Source: a virus (Duplodnaviria > Caudoviricetes). Taken from it: a stretch of DNA of 56,711 bases. The notes under the pieces are model-generated. The model made no database searches and was not told the origin of the DNA. It was given only the letters and a program-made list of their open reading frames with translations. Shown here piece by piece: positions 54,443 through 56,711 of this stretch; the stretch's first letter is position 1; every line of letters begins with the position of its first letter. Both the position numbers and the translations under genes were made by a program. The DNA lies in the IMG/VR virus record IMGVR_UViG_3300048587_000675, positions 1 to 56,711 of that record; one strand, written 5' to 3'.

Positions 54443-55366
54443 TTACCAGAAGTCTTTAAAAATACCTTTAAGTTGATCATTTAAATGTTTTTTACCATGA
54501 AGATCTTCAGTATCTTCTTCTGGACCTTCATTAGAATTTGTAATTTTGTGTACTTTTTCTACTGCAGTCTTTAAGTCAACACCAATGCAGAGTACACTAA
54601 TAATAAGATCTTTCATTTGATCTATTGTTAAACCTTCTGTAAGCTTAACCCACAGTTCAATGTCTACTTTTTCATCAGGAAATGTTTTATTTTCAATAAA
54701 TATACGTCGAACTTCAGCTGAAGGAAGACCAACTTCGATTACAGTAGCAAATCTGCTTGGTCTATCTTTAATACGTGAAGGAATCTTATCTAAATAGTTT
54801 GTAGTAGCTATGTAAACAATATTGTCTACTTGCATTTCACCATCTAGAAGACTTAAGAAACTTCCCTCATCTCTATAAAGAAGTTGATCGAATTCTTCGA
54901 AAACTGCTAGAATCCTTTGATCACCTTGAATTTCTCTAATAATCTTAACACTTTCACTTAAAAGAGATGGACTAGGACAAAAGAAAACAATTCCACCTTT
55001 TTTAATTTCAGATTCAATGAGACGAATAATAACACTTGATTTACCAGTTCCATGTGAACCATGCAAAAGAATGCCTCTTTTATAAGTCATTCCTCTGCGT
55101 TCATAACGAAATCGCACATCTTTATTCCAGAAGTTATCAATCTCTTTAATAATATCTTCAGAAACGAAACTCGGAAGTTCTATCAGATTATCAGTCATGA
55201 TAGACATTGGTTCAAAGTAAATCTCACCAGATTGTGTCATACTAATAGTATATAAACCTGGGTTCATACTAGGGATTTCTTGAACTTTTCTAGTAGGAAA
55301 AAACCTACCTTCCATTTCCCTAAAATGATGATAAATTTTTTCAGTTTTATTGATTAAATTAGTCAT
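54443..55366 (-). CDS. AAA+ ATPase (second copy, intein-free)
   Basis: KRGILLHGSHGTGKS, VFEE, FLSLLDG, ATTN and RPSRF motifs. Confidence 0.9.
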   Translation of the reverse strand: MTNLINKTEKIYHHFREMEGRFFPTRKVQEIPSMNPGLYTISMTQSGEIYFEPMSIMTDNLIELPSFVSEDIIKEIDNFWNKDVRFRYERRGMTYKRGILLHGSHGTGKSSVIIRLIESEIKKGGIVFFCPSPSLLSESVKIIREIQGDQRILAVFEEFDQLLYRDEGSFLSLLDGEMQVDNIVYIATTNYLDKIPSRIKDRPSRFATVIEVGLPSAEVRRIFIENKTFPDEKVDIELWVKLTEGLTIDQMKDLIISVLCIGVDLKTAVEKVHKITNSNEGPEEDTEDLHGKKHLNDQLKGIFKDFW

Positions 55367-55946
55367 TTAAGTTCCAGTCTATACCTACAATACCTAATTC
55401 GTCAAGTAGCTTGTTAATATTCTTAAAATGAGGTATATTTGCAAAATTGTTATTCGGAATGATAGGACTCGGGTGACTGGTATTATATATTGTACCATTA
55501 ATTACAATAGGTTGAAAGCTTTGCGCATGTTTACCCATAAACCAGTAAACTCTTGGTTTATTTTGTAACTTACTGATAATACTGGAAATAAAAGGTCTCC
55601 AATATTCTTTATGACTTACAGTACTTTCTTCAACAGAAGTAAGTGAACTATTAAGAAGTAGAACTCCTTTTGAAGCCCACTGACTTAAATCTCCACTGTT
55701 AGATTTATAGCCGCTTAATTCTAACGATTTGAATATGTTCTTTAAGCTACCAGGAATAGGTCTACCATTAGGTATAGAGAAAGCAAGCCCTGTAGAATCT
55801 TCTCGATTCCTGTAAGGATCTTGACCTATGATAACAACCTTTACGCGGTCTTGCGGAGTAAGTTCTAAAGCTTTAAACCTTAGTTCAGGCTTAGGTATAA
55901 CATTTTTTCCATAAGGAGGAGTTGGTCCTTGAATGATATTAATCAT
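55359..55946 (-). CDS. ung: Uracil-DNA glycosylase, family 1
   Basis: VKVVIIGQDPY, GLAFS, SLKNIF, GVLLLN and SHPSP motifs. Confidence 0.93.
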   Translation of the reverse strand: MINIIQGPTPPYGKNVIPKPELRFKALELTPQDRVKVVIIGQDPYRNREDSTGLAFSIPNGRPIPGSLKNIFKSLELSGYKSNSGDLSQWASKGVLLLNSSLTSVEESTVSHKEYWRPFISSIISKLQNKPRVYWFMGKHAQSFQPIVINGTIYNTSHPSPIIPNNNFANIPHFKNINKLLDELGIVGIDWNLND

Positions 55947-56199
55947 CTTTAATATTTTCCATTGTTATTGTTAAACAATTTGTAATTTTATCTAATAAAG
56001 TAATATAATTTTGACAATCATTACCACTTCCATAAACTTTTAAAGCCTCATTCTTTTTCTCAATCATCCGCTGCTGCTTTCGAACGAGGTCGATGAGTTC
56101 AAGGATTTTTTCAGCGTAGCCTTGTTCCTGAACATCACCTTGCATCATCATTGCATTGGCGGATGACTCCCAAGCTATCAGCTTCTTTTCAGTTGTCAT
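55939..56199 (-). CDS. Small protein, family B
   Basis: MTTEKKLIAW...LELIDLVRK; paralogue of 40160-40408. Confidence 0.7.
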   Translation of the reverse strand: MTTEKKLIAWESSANAMMMQGDVQEQGYAEKILELIDLVRKQQRMIEKKNEALKVYGSGNDCQNYITLLDKITNCLTITMENIKDD

Positions 56200-56200
56200 A

Positions 56201-56428
56201 TTATTTCCACTCCTTAAATTTATTTAGCGCATATATAAGCTCTTCCTGTGCGTAAGCGTTTGGTTTTCCATTGTCTAGTGGCGCAGTCAGATGCAGATTA
56301 ATTGACTCCGCCATTTTTTTCAAAGCATCCATCGCGTCCATAATAAGGGCAGCTTCTAAACACATTTTTTTAGAGGCAAGGACATCAACTACCAACCCGA
56401 CTTTTTTAAAACCCTCAGGCATTTCCAT
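56201..56428 (-). CDS. Small protein, family A
   Basis: MEMPEGFKK...KKMAE...ALNKFKEWK; paralogue of 40405-40629. Confidence 0.7.
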   Translation of the reverse strand: MEMPEGFKKVGLVVDVLASKKMCLEAALIMDAMDALKKMAESINLHLTAPLDNGKPNAYAQEELIYALNKFKEWK

Positions 56429-56619
56429 TATTTACTCCCTTTTACTAAAATATTGTATATGTTAAAACCCCTGTCAATGGCTTCCTTTTTACCTTCGTTC
56501 ATATCTTTTAAAAGATCAGACAAGTCTTTATATGCAGTAAAATCTAAAGATAAAGCCGCTGCAGATGCAAGTTTTGCTATTTCTGTTTTAACATTCACTA
56601 AAGTTTTCATATTACTCAT
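56428..56619 (-). CDS. Hypothetical protein
   Basis: GAGGAG RBS; TAATG coupling. Confidence 0.55.
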   Translation of the reverse strand: MSNMKTLVNVKTEIAKLASAAALSLDFTAYKDLSDLLKDMNEGKKEAIDRGFNIYNILVKGSK

Positions 56620-56622
56620 TTA

Positions 56623-56711
56623 TTAATTCTCCTCTTTATGCGCTTGAATTAAGTAAGCAAGCGTGTCTAATACTTTCTTGCGCTGGTTGTTTTTAGCAGC
56701 AGCAGCAGCAG
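56623..56711 (-). CDS. 3' end of a gene truncated by the window edge (...AAAAAKNNQRKKVLDTLAYLIQAHKEEN)
   Basis: Open frame to the edge; a (GCT)n run encodes poly-Ala. Confidence 0.5.
   Translation of the reverse strand, partial: AAAAAKNNQRKKVLDTLAYLIQAHKEEN

Noticed and set aside
28731-56465. Plus-strand ORFs in the early arm (e.g. 40286-40636, 41727-42068, 45602-45922)
   Set aside because: Antisense shadows of well-supported minus-strand genes
56696-56711. (GCA)n microsatellite
   Set aside because: Encodes poly-Ala in a truncated ORF at the window edge; may simply mark an assembly break
1-56711. Stop-codon reassignment
   Set aside because: Standard-code ORFs tile the window densely and conserved enzymes are uninterrupted

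Overview
This window is a 56.7-kb, AT-rich piece of a large tailed dsDNA phage genome read in the standard genetic code, in two convergent blocks. The + strand (1-25556) is the late/virion arm: two repeat-rich fibre proteins, a podovirus-style adaptor and nozzle, a GNAT, probable ejection/internal proteins, a holin-like gene, a trypsin-like protease and an M15 endolysin. Capsid, portal and terminase genes are not recognisable here. The - strand (25546-56711) is the replication/host-takeover arm: family-B DNA polymerase, primase-helicase, SSB-like protein, RecA and AAA ATPase (each with a LAGLIDADG intein in the P-loop), SbcCD, RuvC-like resolvase, UvsW-like helicase, UDG, two nucleotide hydrolases, a GIY-YIG endonuclease and one atypical tRNA-Asn. 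The best candidates for undescribed biology are: (1) a peptide deformylase / trigger-factor-like / ClpP cluster that mirrors the bacterial tig-clpP operon; (2) a ~370-nt intergenic, multi-helix, pseudoknotted ncRNA candidate; (3) a membrane GT2 glycosyltransferase paired with a small beta-barrel-like protein; (4) duplicated small-gene cassettes with conserved junctions and variable cores; (5) nested domain insertions in the tail nozzle. All calls come from reading motifs by eye; no searches or folding programs were run.
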